Origin: a bacterium
GTDB taxonomy: Bacteria > Patescibacteriota > Minisyncoccia > Phycocordibacterales > UBA6065
Reading direction: 5' to 3'
NCBI GenBank assembly: GCA_030680695.1
Contig: JAUXUT010000149.1
Location: 167,801 to 231,800, forward strand
Length of the DNA: 64,000 nt
The notes under the pieces are model-generated. The model was not told the DNA's origin. It ran no database searches and saw nothing but the letters and a program-made list of their open reading frames with translations. Position 1 is the first letter of the stretch. Each line of letters opens with the position of its first letter. Shown here in pieces: positions 49,185-58,083 of this stretch. The position numbers and the translations under genes are program-made.

Positions 49185-50453
49185 ATGCATGTGTCCGCTT
49201 TCTTCTCTTACATCGTCATGGCCTCGGAGTTCCTCATGCAAATCGTTTTGCCGGAGGTCTGGCGTTGGCTCGCATTCTTTGCGATCGTCTGGGTGCCGAT
49301 TGTTATATTCGAAACAGCTTGGCTTATGTGGGTGCGATATGTTCGCACTGCGTGGATAAATAAGCAGGAGAAAATTCTGCTTGAAGTGAAACTCCCACAA
49401 GAGACCATGAAGTCGCCTCTCGCCATGGAGCTTGTTTTGCTCGCCTTGTATCAGACCGGCGGCGAGGGAACACCTCTTGATAGGTATTGGGAAGGAAAGG
49501 TGCGTCCGTGGTTCTCGCTTGAAATTGCTTCGCATGGAGGTGATATGCATTTCTATATTTGGACATTCAAGAGCCAGAAGGCAGTGCTTGAAGCGAACAT
49601 ATATGCCCAGTACCCAGAAGTCGAGGTGCATCAGGTTTCCGATTATACCGAGAAGTTTTTCTTTGATCCGGCCAAATATGAAATCGCAGGTTGTAGGTTC
49701 GAAGCTACTGGTCCTGATCCTTTGCCAATAAAAACGTACGTTGATTATGGACTTGATAAGGATCCTAAAGAAGAGTTCAAGATAGATCCGATGGCACCAT
49801 TAATTGAGTTCATGGGCAGCCTTAAGGCTGGACATGAAGCTTGGGTGCAGATTGTGGTGCGTGCTCACACCCAAGAAAAGACGCCGACTAACGACAAATA
49901 TCCGGACAAGTGGAAGGATGAGGCGAAGGAACTCATCAAAAAAATCATCGAAGAATCGGCAGTTGAAGAGAAAGATGAGAAAGGCAAGATTGTGAAAAAG
50001 GTTCCGAACGCCGTTAAACTCACCAAGGGTCAGAAGGATCGTATTGACGCCATCGAGCGCAGCCTTTCGAAGTATGCATTCGATGCGGGTGTACGCATTC
50101 TTTACATCGCACCGAAAGATATATTCGACAAGGGTAATGGCGGAGGTCTTACAGGTTCGTTCAAGCAATTCAATGCGCCTAACCTCAATGGTTTCAAACC
50201 AGAAGGCGGCATGTCCTTTGATTACAAGTGGGAGGATTGGACGGGCAAGAAACTGCTCAGGAGGAAAATCGGACATTTCAACGCATATTGCCAACGTGGG
50301 TTTTTCCATTATCCATTCATGGAGAAATGGACAGTTCTCAACACCGAGGAACTCGCCACCCTTTATCACTTCCCAGGATCAGCCGTAAGGACTCCAACGC
50401 TCAAGCGCATACCGTCAAAGCGTGTCGACGCACCAGCCAATCTTCCTATTTAA
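49185..50453 (+). CDS. Hypothetical membrane protein (422 aa).
   Basis: Two N-terminal TM helices followed by a large soluble domain. No recognisable family. The start is uncertain because it lies 9 nt after the terminator. Confidence 0.5.
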   Translation: MHVSAFFSYIVMASEFLMQIVLPEVWRWLAFFAIVWVPIVIFETAWLMWVRYVRTAWINKQEKILLEVKLPQETMKSPLAMELVLLALYQTGGEGTPLDRYWEGKVRPWFSLEIASHGGDMHFYIWTFKSQKAVLEANIYAQYPEVEVHQVSDYTEKFFFDPAKYEIAGCRFEATGPDPLPIKTYVDYGLDKDPKEEFKIDPMAPLIEFMGSLKAGHEAWVQIVVRAHTQEKTPTNDKYPDKWKDEAKELIKKIIEESAVEEKDEKGKIVKKVPNAVKLTKGQKDRIDAIERSLSKYAFDAGVRILYIAPKDIFDKGNGGGLTGSFKQFNAPNLNGFKPEGGMSFDYKWEDWTGKKLLRRKIGHFNAYCQRGFFHYPFMEKWTVLNTEELATLYHFPGSAVRTPTLKRIPSKRVDAPANLPI

Positions 50454-50459
50454 CGCTGA

Positions 50460-51488
50460 ATGGAACACGAACCGTTGAAATATATCTCCGAGCCGGAGCG
50501 CGAAGTACTTCTTTTGCCGCCGAAGAAGCGTCACGGCCTTATAAAGGCTATCTTGCTTGGGGTTGTGCCGCTTGCGCTGATTCTCGTGTTTTATTTTTTA
50601 TTTATGTCGGCTCCTTCCAAATTCCCGGAAGACACTGTATATGCAGTTATGAGAGGAGACACAGCATCGGGGACTGCGATCAAGCTCGCGGAAAAAGACA
50701 TTGTGCGTTCACCACTTGTTTTCAAGATCTTGATGAGGGTTTTTGGCGGCACGAAAGGATTAATTGCAGGCGATTATTACCTGCGCAATTCAGAAGGAGC
50801 CATTGGTGTCGCTTGGCGATTCTCCCACGGCACGTACGCCATAAGTGATATCACAGTAACCATTCCTGAAGGATGGAATTCGCGCGAAATCGCCGCTTTT
50901 TTCGCAAAGAGCGGCAAGTTCGTTCATTTCGACGAAAAGGAGTTTCGAGCCATGGCGGCGCCTTACGAAGGATATCTTTTCCCGGATACGTATCGTTTTT
51001 TGCCTGATGCCACAGCCGAAGTTGTGTTTAAAACAATGACCGACACATACAAGCGTCGCATCCAAACTCTTGCCGATGAAATCGCCGCCTTCAAACGACC
51101 AATCTCAGACATTATAAAAATGGCTTCTATCATCGAAGAGGAGGCTCGTACCGAAGAGTCTCGCCGCATCATCGCGGGAATTCTGTGGAAACGTTTTGAC
51201 GAAGGCTTGCTACTTCAGGTTGATGCGGCCTTTGCTTTGGTGAATGGCAAGACGGCAAGCAAGGATCTTACCCTCGATGACCTCAAGATTGATTCGCCAT
51301 ACAATACTTATGTTTACAAAGGCTTGCCTCCGACACCGATATCAAATCCTGGGCTAGATTCCATCAGGGCTACGATTTCTCCTGTCACAACTCCATACTA
51401 TTTTTATCTCACCGATAATGACGGTGTGATGCGTTATGGTGTGAATCACGATCAGCACGTCGCAAACAAGGCCAGATATCTTCGCTAG
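50460..51488 (+). CDS. mltG: Endolytic murein transglycosylase MltG (YceG family).
   Basis: N-terminal TM, then ITVTIPEGWNSREIA...EGYLFPDTYRF and SPYNTYVYKGLPPTPISNPG motifs. Confidence 0.85.
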   Translation: MEHEPLKYISEPEREVLLLPPKKRHGLIKAILLGVVPLALILVFYFLFMSAPSKFPEDTVYAVMRGDTASGTAIKLAEKDIVRSPLVFKILMRVFGGTKGLIAGDYYLRNSEGAIGVAWRFSHGTYAISDITVTIPEGWNSREIAAFFAKSGKFVHFDEKEFRAMAAPYEGYLFPDTYRFLPDATAEVVFKTMTDTYKRRIQTLADEIAAFKRPISDIIKMASIIEEEARTEESRRIIAGILWKRFDEGLLLQVDAAFALVNGKTASKDLTLDDLKIDSPYNTYVYKGLPPTPISNPGLDSIRATISPVTTPYYFYLTDNDGVMRYGVNHDQHVANKARYLR

Positions 51489-51524
51489 AAAAAAGGCCGC
51501 CCCGTAGGGGCGGCCTGTTGATTT
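51489..51524. terminator. Bidirectional intrinsic terminator.
   Basis: AAAAAAGGCCGCCCC-GTA-GGGGCGGCC followed by TGTTGATTT. Confidence 0.65.
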
Positions 51525-51539
51525 GCGCCGGAAGTAAGA

Positions 51540-52004
51540 CTAGACAGTATTGGCCCCGTCAGTCACCTCGTCCACAGCTTTGTGTCCCGCTCGGATTTTT
51601 TCCGCGATTTCCGCAGCATAGATCCACGCACGACGGGTGAGATCATCATCCATGAAGCCTCTGGAGAAGTACCCGCACATGAGACAAAGCTCTTTGCGGC
51701 GGGACTCGACACCGAGCTCGATTTCGAGCTTCCTCACTTCGGATCCTGCGTGAGGGGGCGGTTCGGGATAGGCGAGGATACGCCCGACCATTTCGGCGTC
51801 TTGGACGAAGCGCTTTGAACGGACGGCTGACAACCAATCTCTTCCGGCATTTTCAAGAACAACGATGCTCTCGACAATTCGTCTATGAATGTCGGGGCTC
51901 GTGGTGAACGCTGGGTTTTCACCCAACTTTACGAGGAGCAGGTCTGATAGACAGGCCTGGTCCTTATTCCTTGTTTTCATAAATTGAACGATTCCTTCAC
52001 TCAT
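51540..52004 (-). CDS. Hypothetical protein (154 aa).
   Basis: Minus-strand ORF between convergent and divergent neighbours. GC is slightly elevated. No recognised domain. Confidence 0.45.
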   Translation of the reverse strand: MSEGIVQFMKTRNKDQACLSDLLLVKLGENPAFTTSPDIHRRIVESIVVLENAGRDWLSAVRSKRFVQDAEMVGRILAYPEPPPHAGSEVRKLEIELGVESRRKELCLMCGYFSRGFMDDDLTRRAWIYAAEIAEKIRAGHKAVDEVTDGANTV

Positions 52005-52015
52005 GCTACCTTTCG

Positions 52016-53095
52016 GTGGTGCGAAGTCAACCTACAAAGAAAGTCTTCGTCGGCATGTCAGGGGGAGTGGATTCCTCGGTTTCGGCCGCACTTCTCAAAG
52101 AGCGTGGCTTTGACGTGACAGGAGTTTTCATCAAAGTCTGGCAGCCTGAATGGCTCGAAGCGACGGGCGGATGCACTTGGAGGGAAGATCGCCTCGATGC
52201 CATGCGCGTATGTGTCAAACTCGGCATTCCATTTCAAACTCTCGACCTCGAGAAAGAATACAAGAAAGAAGTCGTGGATTACATGATCGCAGAATACAAG
52301 GCCGGCAAGACGCCGAACCCCGATATCATGTGTAATCGTCATGTGAAATTCGGTGGCTTCTTCGATTGGGCCATGAATCAGGGTGCGGATTTTGTTGCAA
52401 CGGGACATTATGTACGCGTCGAATCCAATCGTTTGTTGGCTGGGCGAGACACAGGCAAGGACCAGTCATATTTCCTGTGGACACTGACCGAACGAGAGCT
52501 TTCGAAAACTCTTTTTCCAGTTGGGGATATTGAAAAGTCAGAAGTGCGCCGTCTTGCGGCTCGATTTGACTTGCCTGTGGCGAGCAAAAAAGACAGTCAG
52601 GGACTTTGCTTCATTGGCAAGGTAGACATCAAGGAATTTCTTTCTCATTATATCGAGCCAAAGAAGGGGCGGGTGCTCGACGAATCTGGCGCGCAGATCG
52701 GCGAGCATGACGGCGCGATTTTTCTCACCTTGGGCGAGCGTCATGGCTTCAGGATCGTAGCAAAACGTCCGGACGATAAACCGTACTATGTCGTCGCGCG
52801 TGACATTGCCAAGAACGAGGTCGTTGTATCGCATGAATCCCTGGACAACGCGCCCTCCGCGGACGGCAGTACGTGCGCAGTTTCCTCGACAAATTGGATA
52901 TCGGGTTCGCCAGAACAAGGTAAGCAGTATTTTGCGCGCATTCGACATCTTGGTGCATTGATGCCGTGTACGGTCGAGATTCATAGCGGCGACAAAGCAA
53001 TGCTCGCCTTTGAAAAGCCTCTTGTTGTGGCCGCGGGGCAGTCAGTGGTCGTGTACGATGGCGGTGTGTGTATGGGTGGAGGAATCGCAGATTAA
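52016..53095 (+). CDS. mnmA: tRNA-specific 2-thiouridylase.
   Basis: PP-loop VFVGMSGGVDSSVSA, then TPNPDIMCNRHVKFG and ATGHYVR. Confidence 0.92.
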   Translation: MVRSQPTKKVFVGMSGGVDSSVSAALLKERGFDVTGVFIKVWQPEWLEATGGCTWREDRLDAMRVCVKLGIPFQTLDLEKEYKKEVVDYMIAEYKAGKTPNPDIMCNRHVKFGGFFDWAMNQGADFVATGHYVRVESNRLLAGRDTGKDQSYFLWTLTERELSKTLFPVGDIEKSEVRRLAARFDLPVASKKDSQGLCFIGKVDIKEFLSHYIEPKKGRVLDESGAQIGEHDGAIFLTLGERHGFRIVAKRPDDKPYYVVARDIAKNEVVVSHESLDNAPSADGSTCAVSSTNWISGSPEQGKQYFARIRHLGALMPCTVEIHSGDKAMLAFEKPLVVAAGQSVVVYDGGVCMGGGIAD

Positions 53096-53123
53096 GGGCT
53101 CAGTAAGGGCGTGCAAATGCCTA

Positions 53124-53152
53124 TTGACTTTTGATACACAAAGGAGTATAAT
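53124..53152 (+). promoter_or_regulatory. Consensus sigma-70 promoter (TTGACT-17-TATAAT).
   Basis: ctaTTGACTtttgatacacaaaggagTATAAT. It shares the ctaTTGACTtttg -35 context with the promoter at 23318. Confidence 0.55.
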
Positions 53153-53180
53153 TAGGTAATAGGGTATTACTCCGCAAGAA

Positions 53181-53212
53181 AAAGCCGCGCACTTCGTGCG
53201 CGGCTTTTTCTT
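53181..53212. terminator. Intrinsic terminator or attenuator 30 nt downstream of the 53124 promoter.
   Basis: AAAAAGCCGCGCAC-TTCG-TGCGCGGCT followed by TTTTCTTG. Confidence 0.65.
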
Positions 53213-53247
53213 GCCATCTTGCTATAATTGCTCTGTACAATTTTCTC

Positions 53248-54090
53248 ATGCAACCAACCCACAACATTCTTATTACCAAGTCCACGGGAGAACTCGAACC
53301 GTTCGACCCAACCAAACTCGTAACATCGCTTAAACATGCTGGCGCCAAGGATGAGGTCGCCAACAGAATCAGCGAACATGTTCAAAGGGAGCTCCGTCAG
53401 AGTATGACGACCGATGAGATATACAGCCACGCCTTCGAATTGTTGCGGGCATCGTCGCGCCGCGCCGCCGCAAAGTATTCTATGAAGCGAGCCATTTCCG
53501 AGCTTGGTCCAGAAGGCTATCCCTTCGAACGACTTCTTGCCGAAATTTGGAAAGCTAAAGGATACGAAGCAATGACTGGTCAAGTAGTGCAGGGTGCATG
53601 CGTTGAACATGAAGTGGATCTTGTGGCGTGGAAGGGCGAGGAACTTATCATGGCCGAGGCAAAGTTTCATAACGAGCCCGGCATTAAATCCGATCTCAAA
53701 GTCGCTCTGTATGTGAAAGCACGTTTTGACGACCTAAAAGGCGAAACATATGAATACGGCGGCAAGAAGCGTTCTATCACCGAATGGTATCTTGTCACCA
53801 ATACGAAGTTTTCAGATCACGCATTGCGATACGCCAAATGCCAAGGACTTTCGCTTATTGGTTGGAATTATCCAACACACGGAAATCTCGAGGACCTAAT
53901 CCATGATGCGCACCTCCATCCATTGACGTGCCTCGCGTCGCTTTCGATGTCAGAAAAACGCGCCCTTCTCGGTGCGGGTCTTATCTTGTGCAAGGACGTG
54001 GCTGCGAACAAGATGCGTCTTCTGGAACTCGGCGTTGATCCAAGTAAAGTCACGGCTGTGCTCGACGACGTGCGTCATATTTGCATATAA
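53248..54090 (+). CDS. ATP-cone domain fused to an Mrr-type (PD-(D/E)xK) restriction-endonuclease-like domain.
   Basis: The N-terminal roughly 90 aa, ILITKSTGELEPFDPTKLVTSLKHAG...TTDEIYSHAFELL, fit the ATP-cone pattern. The middle, FERLLAEIWKAKGYEAMTGQVV...VDLVAWKGEELIMAEAKFHN...WYLVTNTKFSDHALRYAKCQGLSLIGW, fits the Mrr_cat core with D...E-x-K. Confidence 0.65.
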   Translation: MQPTHNILITKSTGELEPFDPTKLVTSLKHAGAKDEVANRISEHVQRELRQSMTTDEIYSHAFELLRASSRRAAAKYSMKRAISELGPEGYPFERLLAEIWKAKGYEAMTGQVVQGACVEHEVDLVAWKGEELIMAEAKFHNEPGIKSDLKVALYVKARFDDLKGETYEYGGKKRSITEWYLVTNTKFSDHALRYAKCQGLSLIGWNYPTHGNLEDLIHDAHLHPLTCLASLSMSEKRALLGAGLILCKDVAANKMRLLELGVDPSKVTAVLDDVRHICI

Positions 54091-54097
54091 TGCCCGT

Positions 54098-54382
54098 ATG
54101 AAACTGCCAACTTTTAAACAGCGCGTTGAACGCGTCGTCCGCGACATACCCAAGGGTGCGACGCTGACCTATGCCGAGGTTGCTTTGCGCGCCGGCAGTC
54201 CAAACGGTGCTCGTGCCGTGGGGACCATCATGGCTCGCAACACGGATTCATCCGTGCCGTGTCATCGTGTTATTCGCTCTGATGGCACCGTTGGTGGCTA
54301 TAACGGAATTCGCGGCGGCAGGCAGGGCAGTGATGCCAAGAAAGCTTTGCTCGACAATGAAAAAAGCAAATCTCAAATCTGA
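54098..54382 (+). CDS. ogt: Methylated-DNA--protein-cysteine methyltransferase (MGMT/Ogt active-site domain only, about 94 aa).
   Basis: HTH and active site PCHRVI with Cys present, so not the Atl type. The start is moved to the Met at 54098. Confidence 0.75.
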   Translation: MKLPTFKQRVERVVRDIPKGATLTYAEVALRAGSPNGARAVGTIMARNTDSSVPCHRVIRSDGTVGGYNGIRGGRQGSDAKKALLDNEKSKSQI

Positions 54383-54962
54383 AGAGATGAAGGCGGTGCG
54401 TGACGATATTCTCGCTCTCACGAACTCGCCTTTGTATGACTTTCGCGTCGAAAACGGATATTTTCCTGTCGTAGGCGAGGGAAACCTTGATGCCCATATC
54501 GTGTTTGTGGGCGAGGCGCCAGGCAAGAATGAGGCCGAGAAAGATCGGCCATTTTGTGGCGCGTCTGGACGTATTCTCGACGAACTGCTCGCATCAATTG
54601 GCATGGATCGGGCCAAAGTGTACATAACAAATCTGGTAAAGGACCGTCCGCCGGAAAATCGCGATCCATCACGAGATGAAATTGCCTTGTACGCGCCGTT
54701 TCTCGACCGACAGATCGCCATCATCGAGCCGCGCATCATCGCAACTCTTGGTCGCCATCCCATGAAATATATATTCGAACGCTTCGGCTTGTCATCAAAA
54801 CTTAAACCCATATCGCAAATTCACGGCAAGGGATTCAAAGCCACGGGCCCGCATGGCGAGGTGACCATCATCGCCTTGTACCATCCGGCAGCCGCGCTCT
54901 ATAATGGCTCCATAAAAAAAGATCTCGTGAAAGATTTCAAAATACTCAAAAAATATGTCTGA
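54357..54962 (+). CDS. Uracil-DNA glycosylase, family 4.
   Basis: GEAPGKNEAEKDRPFCGASGRIL...VYITNLVKDRPPENRDP...IIATLG matches UDG family 4 motifs. It overlaps ogt by 26 nt. Confidence 0.8.
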   Translation: MKKANLKSEEMKAVRDDILALTNSPLYDFRVENGYFPVVGEGNLDAHIVFVGEAPGKNEAEKDRPFCGASGRILDELLASIGMDRAKVYITNLVKDRPPENRDPSRDEIALYAPFLDRQIAIIEPRIIATLGRHPMKYIFERFGLSSKLKPISQIHGKGFKATGPHGEVTIIALYHPAAALYNGSIKKDLVKDFKILKKYV

Positions 54963-55039
54963 ACCTCACCAGACACGCAAAGCTTTTTCTGAGAGGCTCT
55001 GTTTTTTTATGTCTGAATCCGTGTTAAATTAAGCCCACT

Positions 55040-56830
55040 ATGACCTCAGCCGAAGTACGCACACGATTTCTCGCTTTCTTTGAAAAGCGCGGCCATGCCA
55101 TATTGCCGTCGTCACCTCTTGTGCCCGAAAACGATCCAACTGTGCTTTTCAACACGGCTGGAATGCAACCTCTTGTTCCGTATCTTATGGGCAGGCCCCA
55201 TCCGCAGGGCGAGCGGCTTGCCAACGTACAAAAATGCGTACGCACGGGCGACATTGACGACATCGGCGACAATCGTCATCTGACTTTTTTTGAAATGCTC
55301 GGCAACTGGTCGCTCGGAAATTATTTTAAGGCAGAGGCAATCACCTGGAGTTATGAACTCCTCACATCCAAAACCGAAGGCTTTGGGCTCGATCCAAAAC
55401 GTCTTTATGTGACGGTGTTTGCTGGAGACCAGGAAAACAATGTGCCACGCGACGACGAAGCTGCTCGTGCATGGGAATCAGTCGGTATACCGAAGCATCG
55501 AATATATTTCAAAGACGCGTCTGCCAACTGGTGGCCCGCGGTCAAAGGAAAGGATACATGGACTGGCCCGACCGGTCCGTGTTCAGAGATGTTTTATGAC
55601 GTCACCGAGGAAGGTCTCGGCGATTTGACTCCCACTGAATACAACAAAGCAGACGATGAGGGCAAGGTTATCGAAATCTGGAACGATGTCTTCATGGAGT
55701 TCGAGAAAAAAGACGGAAAAATCGTCGGCAAGCTCGCCAAAAAAAACGTGGACACCGGTTCCGGTCTTGAACGAGTGGCCGCAATCCTTCAGAACAAGAC
55801 AAATATTTTCGAGAACGATGTTTTTGCGCCGATTATGGCAATTGCCACAACCCTCGCATCAGACCTGCGCCGCCAGCGCATCATTTCGGACCATATCCGT
55901 ACGGCGATCTTCCTCATCTCTGATGGCGTCTTGCCGGCAAACACAGATCAGGGCTATGTCTTGCGTCGCATCATTCGCCGAATGGTATTCAACACTGATG
56001 CAAAAAAGCTCGACCGTGCAAATGTTGAGGCACTCGTCGGAGCAGTCGTAGAAAAGCTTGGCGGATTTTATACGAACGTGGCAGACCAACGCGCAAACAT
56101 TGTTGACGTCATCGCCCAGGAGGCAGAAAAGTTTGCCAAGGCTCTCGATCAAGGACTCAAAGAGTTTGAAAAACTTGTCACCGTAGGCAAAGGTGTAGAC
56201 GGCAAGTCGGTTTTCGATCTGTATCAATCGCACGGATTTCCGCTCGAACTTACCCAAGAGCTCGCGCGTCTGCGTGGCATCGATGTAGACGTGGAAGGTG
56301 CGCGAAACGAGTTCAAGAAACATCAGGATCTTTCACGCGCAGGTGCCGAGCAAAAATTCAAAGGTGGCCTCGGCGACACATCCGAGATGTCTCTTAAATA
56401 CCACACTGCAACGCATCTTCTTCACCAGGCCTTGCGTCAGGTCCTCGGCACCACTGTGTCGCAGAAAGGCTCGAACATCACACCTGAACGCCTTCGTTTT
56501 GACTTCACTCACGGTGCAAAAATGACCGACGATGAAAAGAAAAGGGTAGAAGACATCGTGAACGCGAACATCCAGGCCAAATTGCCGGTACATCGCGTCG
56601 AATTACCAAAGGCCGAGGCCGAGAAAACCGGCGCACTTCATTTCTTTGGCGACAAATACGGCGACGTCGTATCCGTTTATTACATCGGCGAGTCACTTGA
56701 CGGAGCCATTTCAAAAGAATTCTGTGGTGGACCACACGTCGAGAATACAGGGACACTTGGTACGTTCAAGATTCAGAAAGAAGAGGCTGTTTCGGCGGGT
56801 GTGAGGCGCATCAAGGCGGTACTTTCGTAG
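55040..56830 (+). CDS. alaS: Alanyl-tRNA synthetase, short form: catalytic, tRNA-recognition and editing domains, but no C-Ala domain.
   Basis: N-terminal FLAFFEKRGHAILPSSPLVPENDPTVLFNTAGMQ, and editing-domain HTATHLLHQALRQVLG...CGGPHV. It ends at about 596 aa. Confidence 0.9.
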   Translation: MTSAEVRTRFLAFFEKRGHAILPSSPLVPENDPTVLFNTAGMQPLVPYLMGRPHPQGERLANVQKCVRTGDIDDIGDNRHLTFFEMLGNWSLGNYFKAEAITWSYELLTSKTEGFGLDPKRLYVTVFAGDQENNVPRDDEAARAWESVGIPKHRIYFKDASANWWPAVKGKDTWTGPTGPCSEMFYDVTEEGLGDLTPTEYNKADDEGKVIEIWNDVFMEFEKKDGKIVGKLAKKNVDTGSGLERVAAILQNKTNIFENDVFAPIMAIATTLASDLRRQRIISDHIRTAIFLISDGVLPANTDQGYVLRRIIRRMVFNTDAKKLDRANVEALVGAVVEKLGGFYTNVADQRANIVDVIAQEAEKFAKALDQGLKEFEKLVTVGKGVDGKSVFDLYQSHGFPLELTQELARLRGIDVDVEGARNEFKKHQDLSRAGAEQKFKGGLGDTSEMSLKYHTATHLLHQALRQVLGTTVSQKGSNITPERLRFDFTHGAKMTDDEKKRVEDIVNANIQAKLPVHRVELPKAEAEKTGALHFFGDKYGDVVSVYYIGESLDGAISKEFCGGPHVENTGTLGTFKIQKEEAVSAGVRRIKAVLS

Positions 56831-56841
56831 TTTGCTTTTTC

Positions 56842-58065
56842 TTGTCCGTTTTCTGCCGTATACTTACTTGCATGTTTTCCTTCTTTAGTTCCCAGACCGA
56901 ACTCGAAGCCGTGTTCGACATCGGCTCATCATCGGTGCGTGGCGGCCTTGTGCGCAAGGAAAAAGGCAAAGCACCGCACATAGAGTTCACGGTGCGCGAG
57001 GCGATACCATTTCCAATCGACCTCACACCAAAGCGATTCTTCCAAGCCATGATCAGCGCGCTCGACCGCGCCAACACGGCGGTTGTCAAGGCATCTGCAG
57101 GCAGGCGAGTACGACGCGTTGCATACGCGTTCTCGTCGCCATGGTCAGCAACCCAGACCAAAGTCGCAACCATCGAACGGCCAGAACCTTTTGTTCTCAC
57201 CAAAGCCATAGCTGACGAAGTGATATCCCAGGCCGAGAAAACTTTCGAGGCCGAGGCACTGCATACCACACCAGACGGCGTCGCAGATCGTCTTGTCACC
57301 ATGGAACGCCGTGTGATTCAGGTCCTCCTTAATGGATATCCAGTCACAGAACCATACGGCAAGAAGGCGCGCCGTGCCGACATATCTTTCTTCACAAGTA
57401 TTGTCCCGAAAGCAGTCATCGACAAGGTCTTTGAAACCTCGATGAAGGCGCATCATCCAAAAGGTACGAGCGCTTATTCGTTCCCACTGGTGGCGTTTTC
57501 ATTGCTGCGCGATATACATCATGACCTTGATGATTTTATATTCCTCGACGTGGGTGGCGAACTCACAGACGTATCGGCGGTAAAGAACGGCCTCATTGTT
57601 GAATCGGCAAGTTTCCCGCTCGGTTTTAATTTCCTCATCAGGTCCGTGTCCAAGGCGTTTGCGATGAGCCCCGAACAATCCGAATCGCTCCTACGTCTTC
57701 ATTTCGAAGAACACGGCGATGATAATTTAGCTAAAAAACTCGAACCAGTGCTCATCGCAGCTTCAAAGGAATGGGCAAATGCCCTACACGGACTTCTCAC
57801 ACGCCTTTCTGATGCGATGTCTCTGCCGCAAAAACTATTCCTCATCGTAGGCAGTGACCTCGTACGTTTCTTTGTGGAAAGCGCAAAGGACGAGAAGGTC
57901 GCCCAGCTCGGACTTGAAGAAGTTCCGTTCTCAGTGACGCTTCTTAATGCAGATAAACTCAAAGGTCACGTGACATTTGCACCCAATACGAGGAAAGATC
58001 CTCTTATTGCCATGATAACTGCCTTCTTGCATACACACGGGGCATTGGAAGGCGAGGGAAGATAG
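56842..58065 (+). CDS. Actin-like (ASKHA) ATPase of the FtsA/PilM/ParM superfamily.
   Basis: Phosphate-1-like VFDIGSSSVRGGLV, and phosphate-2-like FIFLDVGGELTDVSAVKNG motifs. The start may be at 56872. Confidence 0.55.
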   Translation: MSVFCRILTCMFSFFSSQTELEAVFDIGSSSVRGGLVRKEKGKAPHIEFTVREAIPFPIDLTPKRFFQAMISALDRANTAVVKASAGRRVRRVAYAFSSPWSATQTKVATIERPEPFVLTKAIADEVISQAEKTFEAEALHTTPDGVADRLVTMERRVIQVLLNGYPVTEPYGKKARRADISFFTSIVPKAVIDKVFETSMKAHHPKGTSAYSFPLVAFSLLRDIHHDLDDFIFLDVGGELTDVSAVKNGLIVESASFPLGFNFLIRSVSKAFAMSPEQSESLLRLHFEEHGDDNLAKKLEPVLIAASKEWANALHGLLTRLSDAMSLPQKLFLIVGSDLVRFFVESAKDEKVAQLGLEEVPFSVTLLNADKLKGHVTFAPNTRKDPLIAMITAFLHTHGALEGEGR

Positions 58066-58083
58066 CGTATAATACGACCAACA

